A DNA stretch of 29,942 bases, taken from positions 1-29,942 of the forward strand of contig JAZBOO010000235.1 in the NCBI GenBank assembly GCA_036351155.1, given 5' to 3'. This document shows, in pieces, positions 1 through 11,021 of the stretch. The position numbers and the translations under genes are program-made. Origin of the DNA: Candidatus Krumholzibacteriia bacterium (GTDB lineage Bacteria; Krumholzibacteriota; Krumholzibacteriia; LZORAL124-64-63). Under the pieces are notes generated by a model. It did no database searches. It was given only the letters and a program-made list of their open reading frames with translations, and was not told where the DNA came from. The stretch's first letter is position 1; the number at the start of each line of letters is the position of its first letter.

Positions 1-207
1 ACCCACCGGTCCCCCGGGATTGCTCGCGTCAATCAGGTGGGCGGGCTGTTCTCCGGACACCCACAGCCACCACGGGCCCACGCCTCCGGTGAGGGATAGT
101 CCGAGATAAACGGCCACCGCAAGCAACAAAAGCCCGCTCAACCAGGCAGATTCGTACCAGGCAGGTTGTCCCTTGGATTTAGCCTTCTTCGCTCTTCGCC
201 CTGACAC
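1..207 (-). CDS. 5' part of a membrane protein, probably DNA translocase FtsK (N-terminal TM region); runs off the window edge
   Basis: Not in the ORF track; translated by hand. GTG at 205-207 after a GGAGGG RBS, overlapping the accC end: [42 protein letters not shown]...[10 protein letters not shown]. Basic N-terminus, TM helix and an N-x-GG-x-VG motif typical of FtsK_4TM. Confidence 0.6.
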   Translation of the reverse strand, partial: MSGRRAKKAKSKGQPAWYESAWLSGLLLLAVAVYLGLSLTGGVGPWWLWVSGEQPAHLIDASNPGGPVG

Positions 208-1561
208 GCAATCCCTCCTGCAACTGGGATGATTCCTCTTCCAGGAAACGTGTCGTGGCCTTCCCATCCAGGAAGACGGGATTGTTCAGCACTTCCAGAT
301 GGAACGGCGTGCTGGTGGGCAGCCCCTCGAATACACATTCGTTCAGGGCGCGGCGCATCCTTGCGACAGCTTCCTCACGATCCTTGCCGTGGGTGATGAT
401 CTTGGCCAGCAACGAGTCATAATAGGGCGGCACCCGGTAATCGGAATAGACATGGGTGTCGACGCGCACTCCGGGTCCACCCGGAGCATGGTAGTAGAAG
501 ACCCGGCCGGGACAGGGCATGAAGTCACGTTCGGGATTCTCGGCGTTGATCCGGCACTCGATGGCATGCCCGGTCACGGTGATGTCTTCCTGGGCGAAAT
601 CGAATGCTTCCCCGGCGGCCACCCTGATCATCCATTTCATCAGGTCCCGCCCCGTGACCAGCTCGGTCACCGGATGCTCCACCTGAATCCGCGTGTTCAT
701 CTCCATGAAATAGAATGAACCATCCTCGTCCAGCAAAAACTCCACGGTCCCGGCGGAGGTGTAGTCCACACGCTGGGCCAGGCGCACCGCGGCCTCCCCC
801 ATGCGCTGGCGGAGATCCTCGTCCACCGCGGGACTGGGGGCCTCTTCGATCAGCTTCTGGTGTCGGCGCTGCACCGAGCAGTCACGTTCCCCGAAGTGAA
901 GCACGTGACCGTGATGATCGCCCATGAGCTGGATTTCCACGTGCCGCGGATTGACCAGGTACTTCTCGATGTAAACCCCATCGTTGCCGAAGGCCGCTCC
1001 GGCCTCGTTGCGGGCCGCCACGTAGTTCTTGCGCAGTTCTTCCTCGTCCCACGCCACGCGCATGCCCTTGCCGCCTCCGCCGGCGGTGGCCTTGATGATC
1101 ACGGGGAACCCGGCCTCGGTGGCGAAAACCAGGGCCTCTTCCACATCATCCACCAGGTCGGTGCCCGGTACGATGGGAACCTCGGCCTCGGTGGCCATCT
1201 TGCGGGCGGTGGCCTTGTCGCCCATCATGCGGATGACCTCGGCGGAGGGACCGATCCAGACAAAACCGTCCTCGACGCATATTTCGGCAAATTCGGCGTT
1301 TTCGGCCAGGAACCCGTACCCGGGATGAATGGCCTCTGCGCCGGTGATCTCCGCGGCAGCTATGATGTTGGGAATTTTGAGGTAGCTGTCCACGCTGGCG
1401 GGCTTGCCCACACAGACGGATTCATCGGCGTATTTGACATGCAGGGAATCGGCGTCGGCGGTGCTATGGATGGCCACGCTCTGGATTCCCAGTTCCCGGC
1501 ACGCCCGCATGATGCGCAGGGCGATCTCACCCCGGTTGGCGATGAGGATTTTCTTGAACAT
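179..1561 (-). CDS. accC: acetyl-CoA carboxylase, biotin carboxylase subunit
   Basis: [14 protein letters not shown] start, [50 protein letters not shown] motifs. Confidence 0.97.
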   Translation of the reverse strand: MFKKILIANRGEIALRIMRACRELGIQSVAIHSTADADSLHVKYADESVCVGKPASVDSYLKIPNIIAAAEITGAEAIHPGYGFLAENAEFAEICVEDGFVWIGPSAEVIRMMGDKATARKMATEAEVPIVPGTDLVDDVEEALVFATEAGFPVIIKATAGGGGKGMRVAWDEEELRKNYVAARNEAGAAFGNDGVYIEKYLVNPRHVEIQLMGDHHGHVLHFGERDCSVQRRHQKLIEEAPSPAVDEDLRQRMGEAAVRLAQRVDYTSAGTVEFLLDEDGSFYFMEMNTRIQVEHPVTELVTGRDLMKWMIRVAAGEAFDFAQEDITVTGHAIECRINAENPERDFMPCPGRVFYYHAPGGPGVRVDTHVYSDYRVPPYYDSLLAKIITHGKDREEAVARMRRALNECVFEGLPTSTPFHLEVLNNPVFLDGKATTRFLEEESSQLQEGLRVRAKSEEG

Positions 1562-1636
1562 GCAGAACTTCCTGTCAAAAAAGCATACGAAGGCCCGGGT
1601 CCGGGTGGACGGGCGCGTTTTTCACGAACCGAACGC

Positions 1637-1668
1637 TGTATTCTGGGGTTTACAAGCCCTCTATGCAA
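1637..1668 (-). promoter_or_regulatory. putative sigma70-type promoter for accC-ftsK
   Basis: Minus strand TTGCAT-N17-CAGAAT upstream of accC; moderate match only. Confidence 0.35.
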
Positions 1669-1678
1669 GCAGTTTTGT

Positions 1679-1809
1679 GTGCCACGAAGATTGTTTCTGG
1701 AACTCCAGGACGCAAAAAACCAGCCAAGTTCTTGCACTTTGGCTGGTCTTTTTTATTTGATGTCTCCAAAAAAAGGCGCGTTTTCCCCGAGAAACAATCT
1801 TCGTGGCAC
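1679..1809. repeat. perfect 20-bp inverted repeat (1679-1698 / 1790-1809) enclosing 91 bp
   Basis: GTGCCACGAAGATTGTTTCT and its exact reverse complement AGAAACAATCTTCGTGGCAC. Confidence 0.95.
1714..1754 (-). terminator. intrinsic terminator after pilT (bidirectional-looking)
   Basis: AAAAAA-CCAGCCAAG...CTTTGGCTGG-TCTTTTTT: hairpin with T-tracts on both strands. Confidence 0.75.
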
Positions 1810-1814
1810 GCCTA

Positions 1815-2954
1815 TCAGATATCGGCCATCTTGGTGGGCACCTCCTGCGGCGACCCCTCAAACCTCTCCCAGGTGTTGTCACTGCTGGCCTGGATCCCCT
1901 TGATCCGCAGCTGGAACTCGTGCGGATTGCTGCTGGCATGGGTGGCCGTTTCCAGACTGATCTTCCCGGTCTTGTAAAGTTGCATGAGCGACTGATCAAA
2001 GGTCTGCATCTGATACTGCACGAAACCTTCCTGGATGGCCTGCCGGATCATCACAGTTTTCTCCGGCTCCCGAATATAATCCTGGATGGTGCTGGTGGTG
2101 ATCAGAATTTCGGCCGCCGGGAACCGCTGCAAACCGTCCGTGTCGGCCACCAGACGCTGAGAAACCACCGCCTGGAGAGTCGAAGCGAGCAGGAAGCGAA
2201 TTTCCTGGTGCTGATGAGGTGGGAAGAAGGAAATGATACGGCTCACGGTCTGGGTGGCATCGATGGTGTGCATGGTGCTCAGGACCAGGTGGCCCGTGTC
2301 GGCGGCCGTCAATGCAATCTTCATGGACTCCGCATCCCGGATCTCACCGATCAGGATGACGTCCGGATCCTGCCTCAGAATATGCTTCAAGGCGTCGGCA
2401 TAACTCCCGGTATCGCAACCGATTTCACGCTGACTGATGATGCTCTTCTGGTCGCGGTGCAAGAACTCGATGGGATCCTCGATGGTGATCACGTGGCGAG
2501 AGCTTTCGCGATTGATCACATCGACAATCGAGGCCAGGGTGGTCGACTTACCGCTACCCACGGTCCCGGTGATCAACATGAGGCCGCGCGGTTTGAGGGC
2601 CAGTTCACGGACCACCGCAGGCAGTCCCAGCTCCTCGGTGGACTTGATTTCCACCGGCACATGACGGAAAACCATGGCCACGCTTCCCCGCTGGACATAG
2701 AAATTGGCCCGGAAACGGGCGACACCCGGCACGCCGAAAGCAAAATCGATTTCCCGGGTGGCCTCGAAGCTCTCCCGCTGACTCGGGGTCAGGATTTGCT
2801 GGGAAACCGAAATCATGTCCTGCACCGAGGGTGCGGGATAATCGGCGAACACCAGGGTCCCGTTGATCCGCAATACGGGCGGGCTGGCCACCTTGATGTG
2901 CAGATCGCTGGCCCCGCGGTTGATCATCTCTTTGAGTATTTTCTTGATATCCAT
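1815..2954 (-). CDS. pilT: type IV pilus retraction ATPase, PilT/PilU family
   Basis: GASDLH, RFRANFYVQRG, Walker A GTVGSGKST, TIEDPIEF, LRQDPDVILIGEIRD, TGHLVLSTMH, MQTFDQSL. The AIRNLIRE motif has diverged to TIQDYIRE, so it may be a PilU-like paralog. Alternative GTG start at 2966. Confidence 0.9.
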   Translation of the reverse strand: MDIKKILKEMINRGASDLHIKVASPPVLRINGTLVFADYPAPSVQDMISVSQQILTPSQRESFEATREIDFAFGVPGVARFRANFYVQRGSVAMVFRHVPVEIKSTEELGLPAVVRELALKPRGLMLITGTVGSGKSTTLASIVDVINRESSRHVITIEDPIEFLHRDQKSIISQREIGCDTGSYADALKHILRQDPDVILIGEIRDAESMKIALTAADTGHLVLSTMHTIDATQTVSRIISFFPPHQHQEIRFLLASTLQAVVSQRLVADTDGLQRFPAAEILITTSTIQDYIREPEKTVMIRQAIQEGFVQYQMQTFDQSLMQLYKTGKISLETATHASSNPHEFQLRIKGIQASSDNTWERFEGSPQEVPTKMADI

Positions 2955-3061
2955 GGGCAACCCCACACTCCTGTCGAACGGAATCCGAAGAATTGCCGCC
3001 CGTCAGAACAGATGCACGGGCCGCTGCAAGCAATCATCGGCACCAGAGGTGGGATCTTGAT

Positions 3062-3090
3062 AAAAAAGCCCCCCGGCGGTGCCGGGGGGC
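3062..3090 (-). terminator. intrinsic terminator after accB
   Basis: Minus strand GCCCCCCGGC-ACC-GCCGGGGGGC-TTTTTT: 10-bp GC stem plus U6. Confidence 0.9.
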
Positions 3091-3117
3091 AGAATGGCAG
3101 GGTCGGAGGGGGCCAGG

Positions 3118-3594
3118 TCAGTCCGGGTCAACCAGGAAGAGCACCGCTTCGGCCTCCACGGGATTCCCGTTCTCCACCAGGATCTCCTTGATGGTGCCGG
3201 CGAATTCCGCCTCGATCTCGTTCATCACCTTCATGGCCTCGATGATGCAGAGCGGCTGTCCGGCAGCCACATGGTCCCCCACGTTGACGAAATTGGGACT
3301 GGTGGGGGCCGGAGCCCGGTAAAAGGTCCCCACGATGGGCGAACGCACGTCTTTCCACTTGGCGTCCGGAGCGGGGGCCGCAGGAGCCGCTGGGGCTTCG
3401 GCAACCGTAGGGCTCACCGCAGGAGCGGCCGGGGCGGCTATCTGCACGGGGGCAGGAGCCATCTGAGCCACTCCCTGGGCCAGACCCTGGGACTTCTGGA
3501 TACGGATGGTGGTGTCCTTGTTGCTGACTTCCAGCTCCTCGATACCACTCTCTTCTACCAGCTGAACCAGTTCACGAACTTTGTTGATATCCAT
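3118..3594 (-). CDS. accB: acetyl-CoA carboxylase biotin carboxyl carrier protein
   Basis: [22 protein letters not shown] start, Ala/Pro linker, [11 protein letters not shown], biotinylation motif EAMKVMNEI. Confidence 0.96.
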   Translation of the reverse strand: MDINKVRELVQLVEESGIEELEVSNKDTTIRIQKSQGLAQGVAQMAPAPVQIAAPAAPAVSPTVAEAPAAPAAPAPDAKWKDVRSPIVGTFYRAPAPTSPNFVNVGDHVAAGQPLCIIEAMKVMNEIEAEFAGTIKEILVENGNPVEAEAVLFLVDPD

Positions 3595-3629
3595 TTCAAC
3601 CCTTCCAGTGCGACGGGGAGCAGTCATGA

Positions 3630-4187
3630 TCAGACCCTGCCCAGGTACTTCCCGGTACGGGAATCGATCTTGAGGACTTCACCCTCTTCAATGAAAAGCG
3701 GAACCTGAACGACAAGCCCCGTCTCCATGGTGGCGGGCTTGGAGCCACCCTGAGCGGTGTCGCCGCGCACCCCGGGATCGGTCTGGGCCACCTCGAGTTC
3801 CACCGTCAAGGGCGGTTCGACAGTCAGCGGCTTGCCCTCCAGCATCAGCAGGCTGCAGATATCACTTTCCTTGATGTAGGGAATGACATCGTCGAGTGTG
3901 TCCTGGTGCAGCTGAATCTGCTCGTAGGTTTCGGTGTTCATGAAAACGTAGTATTCGCCATCGGGATAAAGGTACTGATAATCCCGCTTCTCGAGCCGGA
4001 CCTCTTCCACTCTTTCGCCGGCACGAAAGGTTTCTTCCAGCACTTTTCCGTTGGAGATGTTCTTCAGCTTGGTGCGCACAAAGGCCGGGCCCTTGCCCGG
4101 TTTGACGTGCTGGAACTCCACGATGGACCACAAACCATTACGGTGGCGCATCGTGAAGCCGGTCCTGAAATTACTGGTATCTGCCAA
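3630..4187 (-). CDS. efp: translation elongation factor P
   Basis: [45 protein letters not shown] start after a GAGG RBS. Confidence 0.97.
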   Translation of the reverse strand: MADTSNFRTGFTMRHRNGLWSIVEFQHVKPGKGPAFVRTKLKNISNGKVLEETFRAGERVEEVRLEKRDYQYLYPDGEYYVFMNTETYEQIQLHQDTLDDVIPYIKESDICSLLMLEGKPLTVEPPLTVELEVAQTDPGVRGDTAQGGSKPATMETGLVVQVPLFIEEGEVLKIDSRTGKYLGRV

Positions 4188-4286
4188 GATTTCCTCACTT
4201 TCAGACCCGGGTCAGGATAGAAACCCGGGCGTAATCCGCTCATTGATAACACCCCTGCCGGCAAAAGGCAACGCCAGAACCGGGGT

Positions 4287-4751
4287 TCAGTGCTCTTCCA
4301 AAATCCGCGCCATTCCGTCCAGAGCCAGCCGATACCCGCCAATACCGAAGCCAAAAACGCCCGCCGTGACCACATCGGTCAAAAGATTGGTCCGGCGAAA
4401 AGGCTCCCGGGACGCGGGATTGGTCAAATGCAATTCCACCACGGGAATGGTCATGGCCGACACCGCATCGCGCACCGCCACCGAAGTGTGCGTATACGCG
4501 GCCGCGTTGAGGATGACACCCTGCCCCTCGTCCTGGGCCCTGTGCAACATCGCGACCAGTTCCCCTTCGCCGTCCGTTTGCAAGAAGACAAGATCCAGTT
4601 TCAACTCCTGGGCCCGGTCCTGGCACAGCTTTGACAGTTCGGACCAGGTGGTGTGGCCGTAAACCTCAGGTTCACGTATTCCCAGACGGCCGAGGTTCGG
4701 TCCCCCGATCATGAATACCTTCGGGAGCACCTGACCTGAAGAGGCGCTCAT
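4287..4751 (-). CDS. aroQ: type II 3-dehydroquinate dehydratase
   Basis: GPNLGRLGIREPEVYG, LNAAAYTHTSVAVRDA, VELHLTNPASREPFR. Confidence 0.95.
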   Translation of the reverse strand: MSASSGQVLPKVFMIGGPNLGRLGIREPEVYGHTTWSELSKLCQDRAQELKLDLVFLQTDGEGELVAMLHRAQDEGQGVILNAAAYTHTSVAVRDAVSAMTIPVVELHLTNPASREPFRRTNLLTDVVTAGVFGFGIGGYRLALDGMARILEEH

Positions 4752-5497
4752 GGCCGAGGCTCACTTTCGCTGGACAACCCGTTGATCCACTCGTGGAACT
4801 GCTGCTTGTTGCGAACCCGTTGCTGGGTCCGTCGTTCGGAGCTGTTGCCCGCATCGGGATCAGCTTCGGCCAGCGCCTCGGCATTCGAGGATTCCTTCTG
4901 GTCGAGAAGATGCAGAACCTGGTCTCGCTTGGCCCTCAGGCCGGGCAAGGTGGGATCTCGATCCTTCATCAGCTGCAAGGCTGCCAGGGCTTTTTCCAGA
5001 TAACCCTGCTCGATGTAAATGTCGACCAGGGTCATGGTGGCCAGGGAACCGGCGGCGGCCGGGACCTGATCGGCACCTTGCTGTCGGGACTGGCGATTGC
5101 GGGCCTTGAGAAGGAGGCCCTTCCAGCGAGAGTCCTGGCCTTCGAGCTGGACCAGCTTGATCAGCCAGGGTTCAGCCAGGTCCCAGATTTCCTGACCCAT
5201 GGCATCATCAGCCAGCAGACCCAGAGCCACGTGGTTGTCGGGATCCAGGTCCAGCACACGGACCAGAACCTTCCGGGCATGATCACGACGACCCGCCTCC
5301 ATCAAGGTCCGGCCCAGCACCACCATGCCGCTGAGATAGTCGGGATGGCGCGCCAGTCCATCCTCCAGCAAAGAGAGAGCCTCCTCCACCTGGCCCTCGC
5401 GACCCAGAAGATCGGCCAAGGGAGCAAAAACCTTGGATTCCGGTGCGGCATCATGGCGCTTGCGAAGTCGCGCGATTCTGTGTTGTCGGTCCACCAT
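4748..5497 (-). CDS. tetratricopeptide repeat protein
   Basis: TPR-like helices (FAPLADLLGREGQVEEAL...HPDYLSGMVVLGR; LATMTLVDIYIEQGYLEKAL); 4-bp overlap with aroQ. Confidence 0.75.
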   Translation of the reverse strand: MVDRQHRIARLRKRHDAAPESKVFAPLADLLGREGQVEEALSLLEDGLARHPDYLSGMVVLGRTLMEAGRRDHARKVLVRVLDLDPDNHVALGLLADDAMGQEIWDLAEPWLIKLVQLEGQDSRWKGLLLKARNRQSRQQGADQVPAAAGSLATMTLVDIYIEQGYLEKALAALQLMKDRDPTLPGLRAKRDQVLHLLDQKESSNAEALAEADPDAGNSSERRTQQRVRNKQQFHEWINGLSSESEPRP

Positions 5498-5573
5498 GCC
5501 AGATCATCCCCTGCTCGGCCCAGGCAGAATGCCGGGACCCACCGTTTCACCACGTGAACTATTCATCGGGCCG

Positions 5574-7232
<1,659 letters not shown>

Positions 7233-7299
7233 ATCAAATCCTCTTTCGATGTTGACCGACGCGGACGTCGGGTCCGGTCGGGTGTCGGTTGAAGTCAAA

Positions 7300-8211
7300 T
7301 CAGGGGATGGTCAACTGACCGCTGCCCACGAGGACACAGTGCCCGCCCACGGTGATGGTGCGCGCTTGTCCGCCGGCAATGTCAGCTTCGGCCACCAGCC
7401 TGCTGGGCCGCCCCATTTCCAGGCCCTGCTCGCTGATCACCCTGATGTGGGGGTCGTGCCTGACCAGGCGGTGCTTGACCAGGTAGGCCACCAGGGCGCC
7501 GGTGGCGGCCCCGCTGGCGGGATCCTCGGGAATGCCGAAATGGGGCGCGAACATCCGGCAATGGACCGTGCTGTCGTCGCGAACCGTCTCGCAGGTGAAC
7601 ACGAAAAGATCCCCGAAGCCCAGGTCTCGGGCAATGGCGTCGGCATCACGCCGCCGCAGGGTGATATTCTCCATGGCCTCGAGGGTGCTCAGAGGGACGA
7701 TGTGGATGGGCAGTCCGGTGGAAATCACCTCGCAGGGCAAGCCCGTGATGGCAATATCCTCCTCGGGAATCCCCAGGGTGCGCGCCACTTTTCCTCGGTG
7801 AAAATACTGCCCCAGGAAAACGGGAGCGTCCTGAACCAGGCTGTACAGGCGCTGAGCCCCTTCACCCTTGGTCACCACATCGAAGCACCCCGCTTCGAGT
7901 TCCCAGCGGAAGTGCGGCACCTGGCCCTCCGCGGGGCGCCGGCCCAGCTTTTCCAGGGCGAAGGTGGCCCCGAGAACCGAATGCCCACCGAACGGAATTT
8001 CCGCCGCCGGCGTGAAAACTCGCAACCCCGCCCGATGATCACCGGGCGTGCGAGGCTGGACCAGAAAGGCAGTCTCGCCGGCTCCCAGTTCCATGGCCAC
8101 CTGCTGCATGCGGGTTTCGGGAATATCCTGAGCATCGGGGAACAGATAAAGGCGACTTCCCCCGAAAGGTTGGTCAGTGAACACATCGATGAGCAGGAAT
8201 TCAGAACGCAT
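7300..8211 (-). CDS. PhzF-family isomerase/epimerase
   Basis: IDVFTDQPFGG, MQQVAMEL..GETAF, RVFTPAAEIPFGGH, EDPASGAA, EQGLEMGRPS. Confidence 0.92.
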   Translation of the reverse strand: MRSEFLLIDVFTDQPFGGSRLYLFPDAQDIPETRMQQVAMELGAGETAFLVQPRTPGDHRAGLRVFTPAAEIPFGGHSVLGATFALEKLGRRPAEGQVPHFRWELEAGCFDVVTKGEGAQRLYSLVQDAPVFLGQYFHRGKVARTLGIPEEDIAITGLPCEVISTGLPIHIVPLSTLEAMENITLRRRDADAIARDLGFGDLFVFTCETVRDDSTVHCRMFAPHFGIPEDPASGAATGALVAYLVKHRLVRHDPHIRVISEQGLEMGRPSRLVAEADIAGGQARTITVGGHCVLVGSGQLTIP

Positions 8212-8319
8212 ATCCTGGTGGTCACCTCGGGCTGGAGACAGATAGTCACCGACCGGACCAGGTTTTCCCCTCAGGAGAGGACAGACCGGGCCGCTCGGGA
8301 AACAGAACGATTCGGGCAG

Positions 8320-8348
8320 AATTTAGCACACGGAAAGTGGCGGGCCAA
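8320..8348 (-). promoter_or_regulatory. putative sigma70 promoter for the phzF-like/acyl-CoA dehydrogenase unit
   Basis: TTGGCC-N17-TAAATT with an extended -10 TG. Confidence 0.55.
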
Positions 8349-8352
8349 GGGG

Positions 8353-8739
8353 TTAACCCCGTTTTTCGAGAATAACGGTGGCGGCGGCAAACTCCCGCTC
8401 GTGACTCAGGGCCACGTGCCAGGCCACGGCTCCGGCGGCGGTCAGGGCCGCACGGGCTTTACCGTGAAGCTCCAGGGTCACCTGACCGTGCTCTTGCCGC
8501 ACCACTTCGATGTCCTGGTAGGGTATGGCGGACACATCCTGCCCCAGGGCCTTGAGAAAGGCCTCCTTGGCCGCCCAGCGGGCCGCCGCCGAGGCGGCCG
8601 CCCCTCGCCCCCTGCTCTGGATGTAAGCGATCTCACGGGGCGTGAAGCACCGGGCCAGGAAGCGATCGCCGTGATCCTGGAGCAGATCCGAAATCCGCGG
8701 GATCGCCACGATATCATTTCCCACTCCGAGGATGCTCAA
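8353..8739 (-). CDS. acpS: holo-[acyl-carrier-protein] synthase
   Basis: ILGVGNDIV, FTPRE, ARWAAKEAFLKALG, VALSHERE; TTG start overlapping the upstream TGA. Confidence 0.93.
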   Translation of the reverse strand: MSILGVGNDIVAIPRISDLLQDHGDRFLARCFTPREIAYIQSRGRGAAASAAARWAAKEAFLKALGQDVSAIPYQDIEVVRQEHGQVTLELHGKARAALTAAGAVAWHVALSHEREFAAATVILEKRG

Positions 8740-9425
8740 TAGGCGCCCTTCCGTTCGATGACCGCCGGCAGGGTCCTGGCCAGAACCCAGAGGTCGAAGC
8801 GGAAACTGCGCCGGCGGACATATTCTTGGTCCAGCTCCATCCATTCGCTGAAATCCAGCTGGCTGCGACCCGACACCTGCCACAGACAGGTGAGGCCGGG
8901 CTTGACCAGCAAACGTCTGGCCTGGGACGGGGTGTAGTCCCCCACTTCGGAGGGAATTTGGGGACGCGGCCCCACGATGGTCATGTCCCCCTTGAGCACA
9001 TTGAACAGCTGGGGAAACTCATCCAGGCTGCTCCGCCTGAGAAACCGCCCCACCCCGGTGATCCGGGGATCGTCCTTGATCTTGAAGGCCGCCCCGCTGG
9101 CTTCGTTCAGGTGGGCCAGTTGCTCCTTGCGGCTTTCGGCATCGACGGCCATGGAACGAAATTTGTGGCAGGCAAACATGCGGCCTCTGTACCCCACCCG
9201 CGCCTGGTTGAAGAGGATGGGCCCCGGGGATTCCAGCTTGATCAAAAGGACGATGAAGGGCAGCAACGGCAGCAACAGCAGCAGGCCGCCGGTGGCACTG
9301 ACGATATCGAACAATCGCTTGATGGCGTGATAATAAAATGGCTGGTGAAAATTGTAGCCTTCCGAAACCTCGGCAATGAACTGCAGATAACCATCTTCGG
9401 AACCATAAAAGTTCTCACTCGCCAT
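8736..9425 (-). CDS. bacterial sugar transferase (small monotopic phosphoglycosyl transferase, Bac_transf)
   Basis: KRLFDI, KFRSM, DDPRITGVGRFLRRSSLDEFPQLFNVLKGDMTIVGPRP, KPGLTCLWQVSGRS. Confidence 0.94.
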   Translation of the reverse strand: MASENFYGSEDGYLQFIAEVSEGYNFHQPFYYHAIKRLFDIVSATGGLLLLLPLLPFIVLLIKLESPGPILFNQARVGYRGRMFACHKFRSMAVDAESRKEQLAHLNEASGAAFKIKDDPRITGVGRFLRRSSLDEFPQLFNVLKGDMTIVGPRPQIPSEVGDYTPSQARRLLVKPGLTCLWQVSGRSQLDFSEWMELDQEYVRRRSFRFDLWVLARTLPAVIERKGAY

Positions 9426-11013
9426 GCCCCACCTCTTGGGATTCCGGGCGGCGCCAGCTGTAGAGCAAGGCCCCGGGGGTTTCGTGAATCAGACGCAAGT
9501 GCCCCCGCCGCGCCAGGGTGCCCGCCAGGTGATCCTGTGGATCAAAATACCACGGCCTGGCCACCACCCAGAGCAGGGCGTCCCGACCGTCCAGAGTGCT
9601 GTCGCAGAAGGCTTCCGCAGCCTGGGCGGAACGCAACTGGGGCCAGCCGAAATCGTTCAGGATCTCTGCCGATCCGCGGTAATAATACTTGAAAACATTG
9701 CTCACCGATGGCACCAGGATCGCCTCTGGGGCCAGCTTGGATTCTGCCGCTTCTTGAGCGGAAATGAACTCCACCACCCCACGAATGTCCGCCTTGGCGT
9801 ATCTGCCGTCGTGGAAATGCCCCCACAGGGAGAACAGCATGAGCCCCATCAAGAGCAGGGTGAACCCGGCTCCGGTGCGGCGCGGAAGCCGGACCAGACC
9901 GGCGGCCGCCAGGGTCAGCAACCAGGGCAAGACCACGGCCACATACCGAGGGTTCCATGGCTTCACGTTGCGCACGGCCAGAAAAATCAGGATGGCCAGG
10001 GGGATGAGGATCCACAGGAGGAGAAAACCCTGACGACGTCTCAGCGCCAGGAGACCGGAAACCAGGGAAACACCCACCGGCACGGCTGCCACCACCAGGA
10101 TGGGCAAAAACTGGCGCAAAACCGGCCACCTATCCGGAGCGTGGAGTTCGCGTAGCGAGGGCCCCAGGCTGAAGCCATAAAAGAAGGTGAAGAGGGAATA
10201 CGGCAAGGCCAGAGGAGTGAAGGTGGTTTCCCCACGCAAGGCTTCGCCGGTGGCGGCGGTGACCACCAGCCGGTCCACGGCCCAGATGCCCGAGGCCTTC
10301 AGCACCCAGGGCAACACCAGGATCCCCGCTCCCACGAAGGCCAGACTCCACACTCCCCACTGGCGACCCGTCCGTGGAAATCTCCAGAACAGAACCGTCA
10401 ACCCCAGAGCCACCATCAGGAAAATGGCAGACATGTTGGACCAGACCCCCGCAGCCATGGCCAGGGCCAGCCAGGCTGCTTTGCCAAGATCCACCCGATC
10501 TTCCCACAATCGCAAGAAGAGATAGCCCATCAGAATGGTGAACAGCAACAGGAGCGCATACCCCCGGCCCTCTTGACTGTACCAGACATGGAAGGGGCTG
10601 AGGGCCAGCAGCAAGGCCGCCAGCCGGGCCGAGCGGGCGTCGAATAGACGCTGCACCGTCAGGGCAAAAAGGGGCACCGCCACCACACCCGCCAGAGCAG
10701 GAATCAGCCGCAGCATGACTTCGGAATCCACAACGCGTAGCAGGGGCCAGGTCAGAGCCAGGTAGAGGGGGCCCTGGATGGCATCGGTGATCTGTTCAAT
10801 GAAGGCGAGATCGGCCCCAGGCCTGATGGTCTGCCAGCTCATGGCTTCATCGACCCAGAGGGATTGGCCCCCCAGGCGGAAAAACCGCAGGACGGCGGCC
10901 AGCAGTGTGACCATGGCCAGAAACCCCGGACCCAGCGAGGGCTCCGGAGCCACGGCGGAATTGAGCCAGTTGGAAGGAGGAACCAGGCGGCGAGAGGATT
11001 CGGGTCGGGTCAT
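9415..11013 (-). CDS. GT-C fold membrane glycosyltransferase (GT39/GT83, PMT/ArnT-like)
   Basis: LRFFRLGGQSLWVDEA, PLY..L, MLRL, ALSPFHVWYSQEGRGYAL, PRY; many TM segments. Confidence 0.85.
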   Translation of the reverse strand: MTRPESSRRLVPPSNWLNSAVAPEPSLGPGFLAMVTLLAAVLRFFRLGGQSLWVDEAMSWQTIRPGADLAFIEQITDAIQGPLYLALTWPLLRVVDSEVMLRLIPALAGVVAVPLFALTVQRLFDARSARLAALLLALSPFHVWYSQEGRGYALLLLFTILMGYLFLRLWEDRVDLGKAAWLALAMAAGVWSNMSAIFLMVALGLTVLFWRFPRTGRQWGVWSLAFVGAGILVLPWVLKASGIWAVDRLVVTAATGEALRGETTFTPLALPYSLFTFFYGFSLGPSLRELHAPDRWPVLRQFLPILVVAAVPVGVSLVSGLLALRRRQGFLLLWILIPLAILIFLAVRNVKPWNPRYVAVVLPWLLTLAAAGLVRLPRRTGAGFTLLLMGLMLFSLWGHFHDGRYAKADIRGVVEFISAQEAAESKLAPEAILVPSVSNVFKYYYRGSAEILNDFGWPQLRSAQAAEAFCDSTLDGRDALLWVVARPWYFDPQDHLAGTLARRGHLRLIHETPGALLYSWRRPESQEVGHGE

Positions 11014-11021
11014 GTCGACTT

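Noticed and set aside
1664..1684. Canonical sigma54 promoter TGGCAC...TGC
   Set aside because: Spacing is GG-N11-GC rather than the strict N10; kept only as a variant-motif finding.
4207..4230. CCCGGG...CCCGGG hairpin in the efp leader
   Set aside because: Only about 6-7 bp; no recognisable riboswitch or leader peptide.
7300..8211. Phenazine biosynthesis cluster (phzF near aroQ)
   Set aside because: No phzA/B/D/E/G; aroQ belongs to the housekeeping aroQ-efp-accB block.
8323..8348. CIRCE-like TTAGCACAC-N8-GCGGGCCAA
   Set aside because: Spacer is 8 rather than 9 nt, several mismatches, not upstream of chaperone genes, and it is fully explained by the -35/-10 promoter hexamers.
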